From Candidatus Nanopelagicales bacterium (GTDB taxonomy: Bacteria > Actinomycetota > Actinomycetes > S36-B12), in assembly GCA_023253325.1 (NCBI GenBank), contig JALRGY010000001.1, forward strand, positions 1,317 to 41,255: 39,939 nt of DNA. The letters run 5' to 3'. The position numbers and the translations under genes were made by a program. How positions within the stretch are numbered: position 1 is the stretch's first letter; the number at the start of each line of letters is the position of its first letter. The notes under the pieces are model-generated. The model did not search any database. It saw only the letters and a list, made by a program, of their open reading frames with translations, and had not been told where the DNA came from. Of this stretch, positions 8,729-18,153 are shown piece by piece.

Positions 8729-9402
8729 TGCCCACACCTTTTGTCAGCCAACTCGATCCATCATGGAAGCTCGCACTCACTGACCACCTGGACAAACTAG
8801 AAGCGATCGAATCCTTTATCGAATCTGAAAATGAAGTTGGCATAACCTACCTGCCTCCACATGATCAAGTCTTGCGTGCATTCACCCAACCAATCAACTC
8901 CATCAAAGTTGTCATCGTTGGACAGGACCCATACCCCACCCAAGGAGATGCCCATGGCCTCGCTTTCAGTGTTGAACCAAATGTGCGCATTCCGCGAAGC
9001 CTGTCCAATATTTATCAAGAACTCTCAACGGATCTGGGCTGCCCGACTCCAACAACGGGAGACCTCCGCCCGTGGGCCTCTCAAGGAGTGCTCCTGCTGA
9101 ATCGAGTCCTCACAGTTCGATCGGGTGCCTCGGGATCACATCATGGGCATGGCTGGGAAGAATTCACGGAGGCCGCGATCTCAGGGCTCCTCACTCATTT
9201 GGAGATACCGCCCGTCTTCATTTTGTGGGGAAAGCCCGCGCAAAAGTTGTTGCCTCTGGTGGGACAAGCACCAGTGGTTTGGAGTTCCCACCCAAGCCCA
9301 CTATCGGCGCGCAAAGGATTCTTTGGGTCACGACCATTTAGCCGTACCAATGCAATATTGGTCTCACGTGGTCAAGGACCTATTGACTGGCGTCTGCCTT
9401 AG
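8728..9402 (+). CDS. ung: uracil-DNA glycosylase (family 1)
   Basis: GQDPY, GLAFSV, QGVLLLN, HPSPLSA motifs; TAATG overlap with modC. Confidence 0.96.
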   Translation: MPTPFVSQLDPSWKLALTDHLDKLEAIESFIESENEVGITYLPPHDQVLRAFTQPINSIKVVIVGQDPYPTQGDAHGLAFSVEPNVRIPRSLSNIYQELSTDLGCPTPTTGDLRPWASQGVLLLNRVLTVRSGASGSHHGHGWEEFTEAAISGLLTHLEIPPVFILWGKPAQKLLPLVGQAPVVWSSHPSPLSARKGFFGSRPFSRTNAILVSRGQGPIDWRLP

Positions 9403-9730
9403 TCTGCGGCAAATTTCGCACATAACGATGCATGACAAAGTCAGCATAAAATGAAGCAAAAGGAATTGTTCCTGCGAGAAGTAGCGCGACGGTCTTAAGA
9501 ATTGGGAAGCGCAGGAGAAACGCTAAATTCACAGCAGCAATGAGGTAGGCAAAATAGAGCCAGCCATGCGCAACCCATAACAAGCTGTACAGACCGGGTT
9601 TGCCACCGTCATCCGCGTAACCCCATAGGAGATAGCCGAGTAGCGCCCAAACGGTCGCACTCGCAAGTACTACACCTGTCACCCACGCCATGATTCGGAA
9701 GGCAAGCAACGCGCTCGGGATCTTGTTCAT
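9380..9730 (-). CDS. DUF3817 family membrane protein
   Basis: FRIMAWVTG...HGWLYFAYL...AGTIPF pattern. Confidence 0.85.
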   Translation of the reverse strand: MNKIPSALLAFRIMAWVTGVVLASATVWALLGYLLWGYADDGGKPGLYSLLWVAHGWLYFAYLIAAVNLAFLLRFPILKTVALLLAGTIPFASFYADFVMHRYVRNLPQTKADASQ

Positions 9731-9748
9731 GTCACGACTCTATAGAGA

Positions 9749-10654
9749 TCAGAGTTCATGAGCGAACGGAGGTTGGGCACCCGCTCGCTGACAGGTCACC
9801 CCAGCAACCTTGATGCCAAATTCAGTTGCAGCGAGTATCTTCTCCATGGATAAGAGGTCCGACTGCGAATATTTATTCTGAGCCCAGAAGGCAAGGAAAC
9901 CGCCGCTGAAAGAATCACCCGCACCCACGGTGTCAACGATCTCAACGGGTGGCACAGCAACAATTTCCTTGGCGCCACGAACAAAAACGTTCAGTGCCTC
10001 AGCGCCATCAGTGAACAACACAACCGCGCCTGTCTTATTGTGCAACTCCTCAGCTGCCCGCTTTGGGTCAAGATCGGGTGTCATGAACTCGAGATCATCT
10101 CCGCTGACTTTGATCACATTCGCCCGATTGATCACATGTTTGACTGTTTCATCAAAAACACGAGAATCCGTCATCACACTGGGACGCGCGTTGGGATCAA
10201 CCATCAGGATTTGATCACTGCCAAGGGCATCCGTCACCGCACATACAGCATCGGTCAGCGGGGTGAGCACTAAGGCAAGAGTGCCAACATGGACTGCGAG
10301 GGCATTTACGTCGAGTGCATTTAGGGCCATCTCTACGGATACCGAACTTGCGGCGGTGTTGTCCATCATGAATCGATACGTGGCAGCGCCAGTCTCGTCG
10401 AGCGCTGCAATGGCAAGGGCTGAGGGTTCGGGTAAAAGCGGAACTATCCCCCGTTTCACTCCGTCAGCTTCCAGCAGACGCTGGATTCTCCGACCAAATG
10501 CATCTTGCGATATGCCGCCAATGAATTCAACATCGTGTCCCAAGCGAGCAATGGCACGCGCGGTGTTAAGCGGTCCACCACCCACGACTGAGTCGACTTC
10601 CCCGTCAGGGCTCACGATGATGTCGATCAGGGCCTCACCCATTACTTGGATCAT
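9749..10654 (-). CDS. PfkB family carbohydrate kinase (fructokinase-like)
   Basis: GEALID, GGGPLN, DPNAR, DTVGAGDSF. Confidence 0.92.
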   Translation of the reverse strand: MIQVMGEALIDIIVSPDGEVDSVVGGGPLNTARAIARLGHDVEFIGGISQDAFGRRIQRLLEADGVKRGIVPLLPEPSALAIAALDETGAATYRFMMDNTAASSVSVEMALNALDVNALAVHVGTLALVLTPLTDAVCAVTDALGSDQILMVDPNARPSVMTDSRVFDETVKHVINRANVIKVSGDDLEFMTPDLDPKRAAEELHNKTGAVVLFTDGAEALNVFVRGAKEIVAVPPVEIVDTVGAGDSFSGGFLAFWAQNKYSQSDLLSMEKILAATEFGIKVAGVTCQRAGAQPPFAHEL

Positions 10655-10663
10655 GGGATAAAT

Positions 10664-11431
10664 CTAGCGAATATCTCTTTGCCTACTCGAAACCATGATC
10701 CAGCGAACGTAAAGCGCAATCGCAAATAGGGCGAAGATCCACCACTGGACAGCGTAAAAAAAGTTTTGGAGAGGAAAGGCAACCTCGGCGGTCTGAATCG
10801 TGGGTGGAACAACTTTCGGCGCATTAGGGGACGCGGGAAATTCTGATTCGACAACCAGGAATCCGTCGGAGAGCGTGACACCCCATTCACTCGAAAGGAC
10901 AGCTGAGTCAATTACGGCGTAGACACCATCTATTTGTTTCGAGTCCTCATAGAAGGCTTCATTGGGTTGAACAACGGCTCGAAGTTCAACCTCTTCGCTC
11001 GGCGTTGAGTAGGTTCCATCCGGGGGGACCCATCCGCGCAATACCGCAACATGTTCACCCGTGTCCAACTCAAAATCGCTCACAATCCACTGTCCAACAT
11101 TCGCGTTGTCACCGCCACCCGAAAGCCGATTACCAATGCGTGCCACATGGGTTATGTCGTAGGACCCACTAGCAACGACGGTGCGACCAAAATCTGATGG
11201 GTCAAGTTCCGGGCCAAGGACCTCGCGAGCTGAAATTATCGCAGCGGCAGCAGCGCGCTCGGCATTGAGAATATTCTGGGTTCTATCCCATTGCCATTTG
11301 CCCAAAAAGAAAAAGAGGACGCAGACACCCACGAGAAGCAGGGCAACAACAATGCTGACCGGCTTGAGAAACTCATGCAGATATTTATTCCGACTTCTCA
11401 TCAGTTTCTTTGTCTTCAGAAGTATCCGCAA
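10664..11431 (-). CDS. SURF1 family protein (start uncertain, may be about 11401)
   Basis: LGKWQWDR after the first TM, VLRGWVP, NFFYAVQWWIFA C-terminal motif. Confidence 0.85.
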   Translation of the reverse strand: MRILLKTKKLMRSRNKYLHEFLKPVSIVVALLLVGVCVLFFFLGKWQWDRTQNILNAERAAAAAIISAREVLGPELDPSDFGRTVVASGSYDITHVARIGNRLSGGGDNANVGQWIVSDFELDTGEHVAVLRGWVPPDGTYSTPSEEVELRAVVQPNEAFYEDSKQIDGVYAVIDSAVLSSEWGVTLSDGFLVVESEFPASPNAPKVVPPTIQTAEVAFPLQNFFYAVQWWIFALFAIALYVRWIMVSSRQRDIR

Positions 11432-11609
11432 ATTCCTGCTCTACCCGCAATTCATTCTTCCCTTTGGGTAACTCAGGACTGATGCGCTTCATCTGACGAT
11501 TCATGTTGAGCCACAGCAGAACAAGCGCAATGCCAACGAGTAACACAAATAAGCCAGCTATAGGTCCTGCGCCATCAATGATGGTTTGAAGGTCTGGTTC
11601 AGTTTCCAT
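11385..11609 (-). CDS. small single-TM membrane protein (conserved position downstream of mca)
   Basis: AGPIAGLFVLLVGIALVLLWLNMNRQMKRI; AAAGGA SD. Confidence 0.75.
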   Translation of the reverse strand: METEPDLQTIIDGAGPIAGLFVLLVGIALVLLWLNMNRQMKRISPELPKGKNELRVEQEFADTSEDKETDEKSE

Positions 11610-11656
11610 TGCAATCCTTTATTTGTCGGACCGGTCTCTTTGTTTTGACTGTTTAC

Positions 11657-12526
11657 CTAGCGAATTCCCGCAAAGAGATCATCTTCTTGTTCAGGGGTCT
11701 CCACGTGGCTGATAGCCCGCTGAAAATCTTCAGTCGGCCAGGCAGATTTCTGCAGATCCAGTGAGACCGCAAACCAGCGACCATCTGGCTCAATTTGAGT
11801 GGCGTGCGCTTTCAGTGCGGAGTCTCGGATATGGAAATAATCCGCGGCGTGGACTTTGGTAGTGATCCGATCAATGTCATCGGGTTTGTCTTCCCAATTC
11901 TTTAACCACTCTTCATATGGTGATTCGATATTGGCCTCGATGAGAATCTGATGCAGGGCAACAACTCTCTCTTTGTGAAACTGCTGGTTGTAATAGACCT
12001 TGAGAACCTGAAATGCGGACCCGAACTCGGGATAAAGATCAGGATCTGCTGCCTGCTCCACTGCAGCCATGGTCACGACGTGTGTCTGAATGTGATCGGG
12101 ATGCGGGTATCCCCCATTTTCATCATAAGTTGTGACGACCTGTGGGCGAAATCTCCTGATGAGTTTCACAAGCGGAGGGACGCTCACGTCAATCGGAACC
12201 AGTGCAAAAGCATCATCAGGCAATGGCTCACCCTCGGTGAAACCCGAGTCCATGAAACCTAACCATTCGTGCTGAACACCTAGGATTTGTGCAGCCTCTG
12301 CCATCTCTTGGCGTCGGACTTCATGGATGCCAAGTTCATCAACTCGCTGCTGGGCGGCTGGATTGAGAACATCGCCGCGCTCGCCACCCGTGCATGTCAC
12401 CACCATAACTTCAACGCCCTCAGCTACATAGCGAGCCGTGACGGCCGCACCTTTACTGGATTCATCATCTGGGTGAGCGTGAACTGCCATCAAACGGAGT
12501 GAATCACTATTTGCCATCTCATGCAC
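11657..12526 (-). CDS. mca: mycothiol conjugate amidase
   Basis: HAHPDDESSKG, TYDENGGYPHPDHI, AHATQI; divergent from DUF4307-greA. Confidence 0.96.
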   Translation of the reverse strand: MHEMANSDSLRLMAVHAHPDDESSKGAAVTARYVAEGVEVMVVTCTGGERGDVLNPAAQQRVDELGIHEVRRQEMAEAAQILGVQHEWLGFMDSGFTEGEPLPDDAFALVPIDVSVPPLVKLIRRFRPQVVTTYDENGGYPHPDHIQTHVVTMAAVEQAADPDLYPEFGSAFQVLKVYYNQQFHKERVVALHQILIEANIESPYEEWLKNWEDKPDDIDRITTKVHAADYFHIRDSALKAHATQIEPDGRWFAVSLDLQKSAWPTEDFQRAISHVETPEQEDDLFAGIR

Positions 12527-12559
12527 GAAGCAAGTCTCTCACTTCACTAGTCTGCCTCC

Positions 12560-13036
12560 ATGGCGAGTCCCTTTCGAAAGGATCAACTCTCTCCAGCCAT
12601 GCAGGAGAGATATGGAATGGATCGACGCCCAATCATGCGGAACATCCTCGTTGGGAGCACCATCTCGATTTTCATTATCGCCATCATGTTCGTTACATTT
12701 TCACTTGCTCAGAAGAATATTCAGTTTCGCCTGTTGGCGTGGGACGCAAGTTCGCCTGAGAAAGTAGATATCAATTTTGAGGTGCGTAAACCTGCTGATC
12801 TTGCGGTCACCTGCGTATTGCGGGCCCAGGACAAGAACCGAATTGATGTGGGATACGTCGAAGTTAATGTTCCTGCCGGTTCGGACTACAACCAGTTGAC
12901 ATATCCACTACGCACACTGGCTCCCGCCTACACCGCTGAAGTTTTGACCTGCGTCTCACAAGGAGAACCCACCCGAGTCCCTGGACCACAATTTCCGGCG
13001 GGAGTTGCACCGCCTATGCAGCCTTGGTCAGAATAA
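12560..13036 (+). CDS. DUF4307 domain membrane protein
   Basis: ERYG, TM helix, C..RA..D...VG; canonical position between mca and greA. Confidence 0.85.
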   Translation: MASPFRKDQLSPAMQERYGMDRRPIMRNILVGSTISIFIIAIMFVTFSLAQKNIQFRLLAWDASSPEKVDINFEVRKPADLAVTCVLRAQDKNRIDVGYVEVNVPAGSDYNQLTYPLRTLAPAYTAEVLTCVSQGEPTRVPGPQFPAGVAPPMQPWSE

Positions 13037-13073
13037 AGTTCCAGTAATTTACATTCCGTACTAGAATTTTGTT

Positions 13074-13556
13074 ATGACTGAAGTTACCTGGCTGACTCAA
13101 GAAGCTCATGACCGCTTAAGCGCCGAGCTCGAAGAGCGTCAAGGATCCAAGCGCGTTGAAATCACCAAACGCATCGAGGCTGCCCGCGAAGAAGGCGACC
13201 TCAAAGAAAATGGTGGGTATCACGCGGCACGCGAAGAACAGGGCAAGAATGAGGCTCGGGTGCGCCAGCTCAAGCAATTACTCGAGAATGCTCAAATAGG
13301 TGTCCCTGATGCTGCGCCCGATGAAGTTTCACACGGCAAGGTCATAACAGTGCGGCTCGTCAACTTTGATGAGGATGAGACCTTTCTCCTTGGCTCCCGC
13401 GAAGAAGCGGCGCACGCATCCATTGATGTGTACTCACCAACTTCACCGCTCGGTGCAGCAGTTCTGGGCAAACGCGTTGGAGACTCCACAAGTTATGAAC
13501 TTGCCAATGGAAAACAAATGCAGGTTGAGGTACTTAAAGTCGAGGATTACGCCTAG
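13074..13556 (+). CDS. greA: transcription elongation factor GreA
   Basis: AREEGDLKENGGYHAAREEQ, SPTSPLGAA. Confidence 0.98.
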   Translation: MTEVTWLTQEAHDRLSAELEERQGSKRVEITKRIEAAREEGDLKENGGYHAAREEQGKNEARVRQLKQLLENAQIGVPDAAPDEVSHGKVITVRLVNFDEDETFLLGSREEAAHASIDVYSPTSPLGAAVLGKRVGDSTSYELANGKQMQVEVLKVEDYA

Positions 13557-13565
13557 CGGTCAAAA

Positions 13566-14453
13566 CTAGCGCCTGCTGGCACTCCGGTATTTTCTGATTG
13601 CCAGTGGTGCGAAGATGCCGATCACGACCGCGCAGGAAATGACCGTGTAGAGAACTGGATTTTGTAGTGACCAGTATTCGGGCTCAACACCCGGTGGGTA
13701 TCCCGTCGGGTTGCCAAATAACTCACGCGTTGACAACACCAGCGAGGATATTGGGTTATAGGCGGCAAAAGCGCGCAGCACAGTCGGCAACCCGTCCAGT
13801 GGCACAAAAGCATTAGACAGGAATGTCAATGGAAAAAGCCAAACGAGCCCGGCAGTATTTGCAGTTTCGGTGTTTGGCACCGACAGACCAATGAACGCAC
13901 CGACCCAGGTCACCGTGTAGGCGAAAAGCAGCAACAAGAGATACGCGTAAATGGCGTTGAGGATGCCATCGTTGATTCGCCAACCAACAATGAACCCGGT
14001 AACGCTCAGAACTGTCAGAACCATAATTTGCCGAATCGCATTGGCAAATGTGTTCCCAATAAGTGCTGCCGACTGCGACATGGGTAAAGCACGATATCTA
14101 TCAATGATGCCTTTTTGCATTGCTTCGGCCAATCCGACCGTGCTCGCTGCTGCGGCAAAAGCCACCGTCTGACCGAAAATTCCTGGCATCAAATACTGGC
14201 GATACAAGCTGGCATCCGCCGCTGAGCCTGGCTCAGCTCCAGGGATGGGGATGGCGCCACCGAAAACGTAGGCAAAAAGAAGTACGAAGATAACCGGTTG
14301 GATGAGCTGAAAAAACATGGCTTCAGGGATTCTGAAGGACGCGAGGATCGTGGTGCGGGCAATGACAAGCGAGTCATGCAATGTCCAACCCAAGATCGGC
14401 CTGGACATTGCCTCGGGCGTGGCTGTGCGCAGATTTCCTATTGTCGCACTCAT
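13566..14453 (-). CDS. ABC-2 type exporter permease (DrrB-like)
   Basis: QPVIFVLLFAYVFGG, GIIDRYRALP, FLSNAFVP, NPIS. Confidence 0.92.
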   Translation of the reverse strand: MSATIGNLRTATPEAMSRPILGWTLHDSLVIARTTILASFRIPEAMFFQLIQPVIFVLLFAYVFGGAIPIPGAEPGSAADASLYRQYLMPGIFGQTVAFAAAASTVGLAEAMQKGIIDRYRALPMSQSAALIGNTFANAIRQIMVLTVLSVTGFIVGWRINDGILNAIYAYLLLLLFAYTVTWVGAFIGLSVPNTETANTAGLVWLFPLTFLSNAFVPLDGLPTVLRAFAAYNPISSLVLSTRELFGNPTGYPPGVEPEYWSLQNPVLYTVISCAVVIGIFAPLAIRKYRSASRR

Positions 14454-15439
14454 CGGCGTCCCCTTCGTGGTCGTGAGCTAGTCGGCGCAGGCGTTTCGTC
14501 GTCAGCACCGTGTCCGGTGAGTGAAAGGAATACATCGTCCAAGGTGGGGCGCCTCAGTGCCAAGTCGGCGATTTCGATCCCAGCCAAATCAAGTGCCCGC
14601 ACTGCATCAACGAGCACCTTCGAGCCTCCGCTGACGGGCCCAGAGATATTCGATTCGTTGATCAAGGATTCCGATCCAAAAATCGGGGCCAGCGCGGCTG
14701 TTGCGTCGGACATTTTGTGCGGATCAACAAGGGTCACCTCGAGCCTATCTCCACCAATTTGGTCCTTGAGTTTCTCAGCGGTGCCATGAGCAATGACCTT
14801 GCCGTGATCAATCACCACAATGTCATTGGCCAACTTGTCGGCTTCCTCGAGGTACTGGGTGGTCAACAAAACCGTCGTGCCTTCAGCCACAAGACTCTCA
14901 ATGACCCCCCATAGACCAAGCCGTGATCGTGGGTCAAGTCCAGTTGTCGGTTCATCGAGAAAAAGGATGCTGGGTTTTGCAATCAAACTCGAAGCCAAAT
15001 CAAGCCGTCGGCGCATTCCACCCGAGTAAGTTTTGGCCGGACGATCAGCGGCATCAACTAGATCAAACCAAGTGAGTAATTCCTCGGAGCGCTCTTTGAC
15101 GTAGCTGGGAGTCAGATGATAAAGGTCGCCAAACATTTTCAGGTTCTCGCGACCTGTAAGGAATTCATCGACGGCGGCGTACTGCCCTGTCAGGCCGATG
15201 CTGTGTCGCACTTCATCAGATTGCTTTGTCACGTCATACCCGTTGACAAATGCTTGACCAGCTGTTGGTTTTAACAAAGTGGCAAGAATTCTTACTGTTG
15301 TGGTCTTGCCTGAGCCATTTGGCCCGAGAAGCCCAACAACTTGGCCTTTAGGAACCACGAGATCTAAACCATCAAGTGCTTTGACATCCCCGAATGTCTT
15401 GACCAAGCCTTCGGCATGAACTGCATCATCTTTAGCCAT
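14450..15439 (-). CDS. ABC exporter ATP-binding protein (DrrA-like)
   Basis: GPNGSGKT, YSGGMRRRLD, LDEPTTGLDP, PTLDDVFL.LTG. Confidence 0.93.
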   Translation of the reverse strand: MAKDDAVHAEGLVKTFGDVKALDGLDLVVPKGQVVGLLGPNGSGKTTTVRILATLLKPTAGQAFVNGYDVTKQSDEVRHSIGLTGQYAAVDEFLTGRENLKMFGDLYHLTPSYVKERSEELLTWFDLVDAADRPAKTYSGGMRRRLDLASSLIAKPSILFLDEPTTGLDPRSRLGLWGVIESLVAEGTTVLLTTQYLEEADKLANDIVVIDHGKVIAHGTAEKLKDQIGGDRLEVTLVDPHKMSDATAALAPIFGSESLINESNISGPVSGGSKVLVDAVRALDLAGIEIADLALRRPTLDDVFLSLTGHGADDETPAPTSSRPRRGRR

Positions 15440-15468
15440 GATCGAATTCTATCGATCAAAGTTGTTGC

Positions 15469-16680
15469 CTATAACTCAGTGACGTTGAAACCGCTCTCGC
15501 GCACTGCCTCCAGAACAAGATCTGCATGCTCACGACCCCGCGTTTCCACCTGTAGGACAATTTCAACCTCATCCACACCCAGATGCGGATCAATTCTGTT
15601 GTGATCCACTTCAACTACGTTGGCCGATTTGCTTTGAACCGCCTCCAGAACAGCCGCCAGACTCCCCGGAGCATCAGGCACTTGAACTCTCAAGGTCAGG
15701 TAACGCCCTCCTGCAGTCATGCCATGACGAATGATGCGCAGCAGGAGCAGTGGATCAACGTTTCCGCCCGAAAGAACTACTGCGACAGGGGGAGCGAATT
15801 TTTCGGGATGTGCCATGACAGCCGCCGTTGCCGCGGCACCCGCGGGCTCAACAATTAGCTTCGCGCGCTCCAACACTGATAGTGCAGCGTAAGACAATTG
15901 TTCTTCACTCACCGTCATGATTTCATCTACATACTTTTGAATGATTGCAAATGGGATATCACCCGGTCGGCCAACGGCGATCCCGTCAGCCATGGTCGTC
16001 ATGGAAGTGAGTGCAATTGGTTTCCCCGCTTCAAGTGATGGCGGATACGCCGCCGCACCTTCTGCTTGAACACCAATTACTGTGACATCGGGTCGAACTG
16101 ACTTGATGGCCAACGCAACGCCAGCGAGCAAACCGCCGCCGCCCGTGCAGACAACCACTGTTTGTACATCGGGAATTTTTTCAAGGATCTCAAGGCCAAG
16201 TGTTCCTTGACCAGCCACGATGTCTTCATGGTTGAACGGATGAATCAGAATCGCACCTGTTCGATCCGCGAATTCCTGCGCAGAGACAAGTGCCTCATCG
16301 ATCGAGTGGCCTGCAAATTCGACGTGAGCACCATAGCCCTGAGTTGCTTTGACTTTAGGAATGGTCGCGCCAAGCGGCATAAAAATTGTGGCGTCAATGC
16401 CGAGCACCTGTGCGGCCAAAGCAACACCTTGGGCATGGTTGCCGGCACTCGCCGCCACCACTCCGCGAACCTTCTCTTCTGGTGATAATTGTGCGAGCCT
16501 GTTAAATGCGCCTCGGATTTTGAAAGAACCCGCGCGTTGGAGATTTTCTGGCACAAGATAAACAGGGCCCCCGACAAGTTCTGTCAACCAACGAGCATTT
16601 GCGACTGGGAACGCATTGACCACAGGCCTAATCACTTCTCTGGCCCGCTCGATATCTGCGAGTGTCACTTTTGAGTCCAC
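15469..16680 (-). CDS. ilvA: threonine ammonia-lyase with C-terminal ACT domain
   Basis: ENLQRAGSFKIRG PLP lysine motif, SAGNHAQG, GGGGL, SGGN, ACT domain. Confidence 0.95.
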   Translation of the reverse strand: MDSKVTLADIERAREVIRPVVNAFPVANARWLTELVGGPVYLVPENLQRAGSFKIRGAFNRLAQLSPEEKVRGVVAASAGNHAQGVALAAQVLGIDATIFMPLGATIPKVKATQGYGAHVEFAGHSIDEALVSAQEFADRTGAILIHPFNHEDIVAGQGTLGLEILEKIPDVQTVVVCTGGGGLLAGVALAIKSVRPDVTVIGVQAEGAAAYPPSLEAGKPIALTSMTTMADGIAVGRPGDIPFAIIQKYVDEIMTVSEEQLSYAALSVLERAKLIVEPAGAAATAAVMAHPEKFAPPVAVVLSGGNVDPLLLLRIIRHGMTAGGRYLTLRVQVPDAPGSLAAVLEAVQSKSANVVEVDHNRIDPHLGVDEVEIVLQVETRGREHADLVLEAVRESGFNVTEL

Positions 16681-16692
16681 TACGGAATCATG

Positions 16693-17496
16693 TCAGGCTC
16701 GCGGCAATTGACCTCGTTGACCCGCAATACCTGCTTGCTCCGCGAGTCGGGCCTTGGAAGCCGCCGAACGCCCTGCGCTTCCTGCTGAACCTGCATTGGC
16801 GGACGCCACACCGCTATACCCGCCCCATCTCCCTCGTGCCTGAGAAGTCGATCGATGAAATGCTGCGATGGTCTTTTCACGATCTGCGAGCACCAGTGAT
16901 CCAGATATTTTCGATGAATTCTTTGATGCCTTGTCATTCTCGCGGATGGCTTGCTCGCGAGCCTCCTGCAAACGTTCACCGATTCTTGCAATGTATGCCC
17001 GATAGAAGGCGGCGCGAGCAGTTTGAGCCGTAAATTCGACCGTGCGGCGTCGGTATCGACCGTTAACCCGAACGCGTCCGTCGAAACTTTCACCGCGCCA
17101 CTTTCCTGCACTCACGTAGACATTGGCGTGACCGGTCATTTGAACGGCAAGGGAAGCGAAGAGGGTTTCGATTGAATCAAGATCTCCTGCCATGCCGTAA
17201 CTGATGACATAAGTGGAATCGCGCGCAACATCGACTTGCGCTGAGTTTGTGTGGGCAATGGTGACAAACAGATTCACCAGATGAGTGTTGGCCCTTTTGC
17301 CTTTCTCACCGATTGTCACGGTCCTGCTCATGGGCACTGAGGACTCTTTGCTCTGTGTGTGTCCCCGCGCCGTGGCTAGATCGATGCTGGCCAAGGTTGC
17401 CAGCATTTGCGCTTTGGACAAGTAGGCATCTGCTTCTGCTGCATTGTCTGTCCGCTCAGCTTTTGCGAGCAGCGCAGCGATCCGTTCTAACTTCAC
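16693..17496 (-). CDS. DUF2786 domain protein (Rv0184-like)
   Basis: LERIAALLAKAE.TDN..EA..Y..KAQ.L N-terminal DUF2786 signature; GTGA overlap with upstream gene. Confidence 0.88.
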   Translation of the reverse strand: MKLERIAALLAKAERTDNAAEADAYLSKAQMLATLASIDLATARGHTQSKESSVPMSRTVTIGEKGKRANTHLVNLFVTIAHTNSAQVDVARDSTYVISYGMAGDLDSIETLFASLAVQMTGHANVYVSAGKWRGESFDGRVRVNGRYRRRTVEFTAQTARAAFYRAYIARIGERLQEAREQAIRENDKASKNSSKISGSLVLADREKTIAAFHRSTSQARGRWGGYSGVASANAGSAGSAGRSAASKARLAEQAGIAGQRGQLPRA

Positions 17497-18029
17497 TTCG
17501 CAGCATCCACCACTGCGATGGGAACCTGTGCAGCCTGGTACCCGGCACGCAACAGCAAAGCCGCTGACTCCCCCAAGATCATTTCAACGAGTGCCACCAT
17601 ATTGGCCACAAATTCAGGACCATGTGCTTGGACTGGGCTGGCGCACGTGAAAGCAGTCAGGTGATGGGCCCATTCATGCAACACCACGCTTTCCCGTAAT
17701 GCCCATTGATCATTGACCGGGACCGCAATAGTTTCAGTGGAAAATTCATAATGCGCCTGCGTAGTTCCTTTACGCGCCCGAACATTGGGACATGCGATAT
17801 CTGGGAAATGGGCCAGTACTTGTTCATGCACTGTCGCAACGTAATCACGCACGCTTGCAATGTCGCCAAATCGACGTTGAAGGGGCACATCAAGTGAACT
17901 TCCAAAGAAGTCCACGACCCCACCCCTATTGAGGAGTTGTGAGAATTGGTCTTCGGCGCTGTACACCTGTGAGCGCCAGCGGTCAACGAGTGCACCACTG
18001 CCGTACTTCTCCTCCGAGGTCGGCGCCAT
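17493..18029 (-). CDS. HEXXH metallohydrolase, TIGR04338/Rv0185 family
   Basis: D..RSQVYSAE, RARKG..AHYE, WALRESVVLHEWAHH, HGPEF. Confidence 0.88.
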   Translation of the reverse strand: MAPTSEEKYGSGALVDRWRSQVYSAEDQFSQLLNRGGVVDFFGSSLDVPLQRRFGDIASVRDYVATVHEQVLAHFPDIACPNVRARKGTTQAHYEFSTETIAVPVNDQWALRESVVLHEWAHHLTAFTCASPVQAHGPEFVANMVALVEMILGESAALLLRAGYQAAQVPIAVVDAAK

Positions 18030-18153
18030 GCCACTATCTTGCCGCCCATAACACTCTTCGGGACAGAGGCGGTCCTCGCCTGTGGATAGTCAGATCAGTA
18101 GAGTCCAACGTTGGTGTGAGGAAACTCTTCCTCCTATAAACATGGGGCGATGC

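Noticed and set aside
16680-17111. 143-aa alternative-frame ORF inside the DUF2786 gene, ending at the ilvA start
   Set aside because: No motif or start signal; the DUF2786 frame is intact, so no frameshift is needed.
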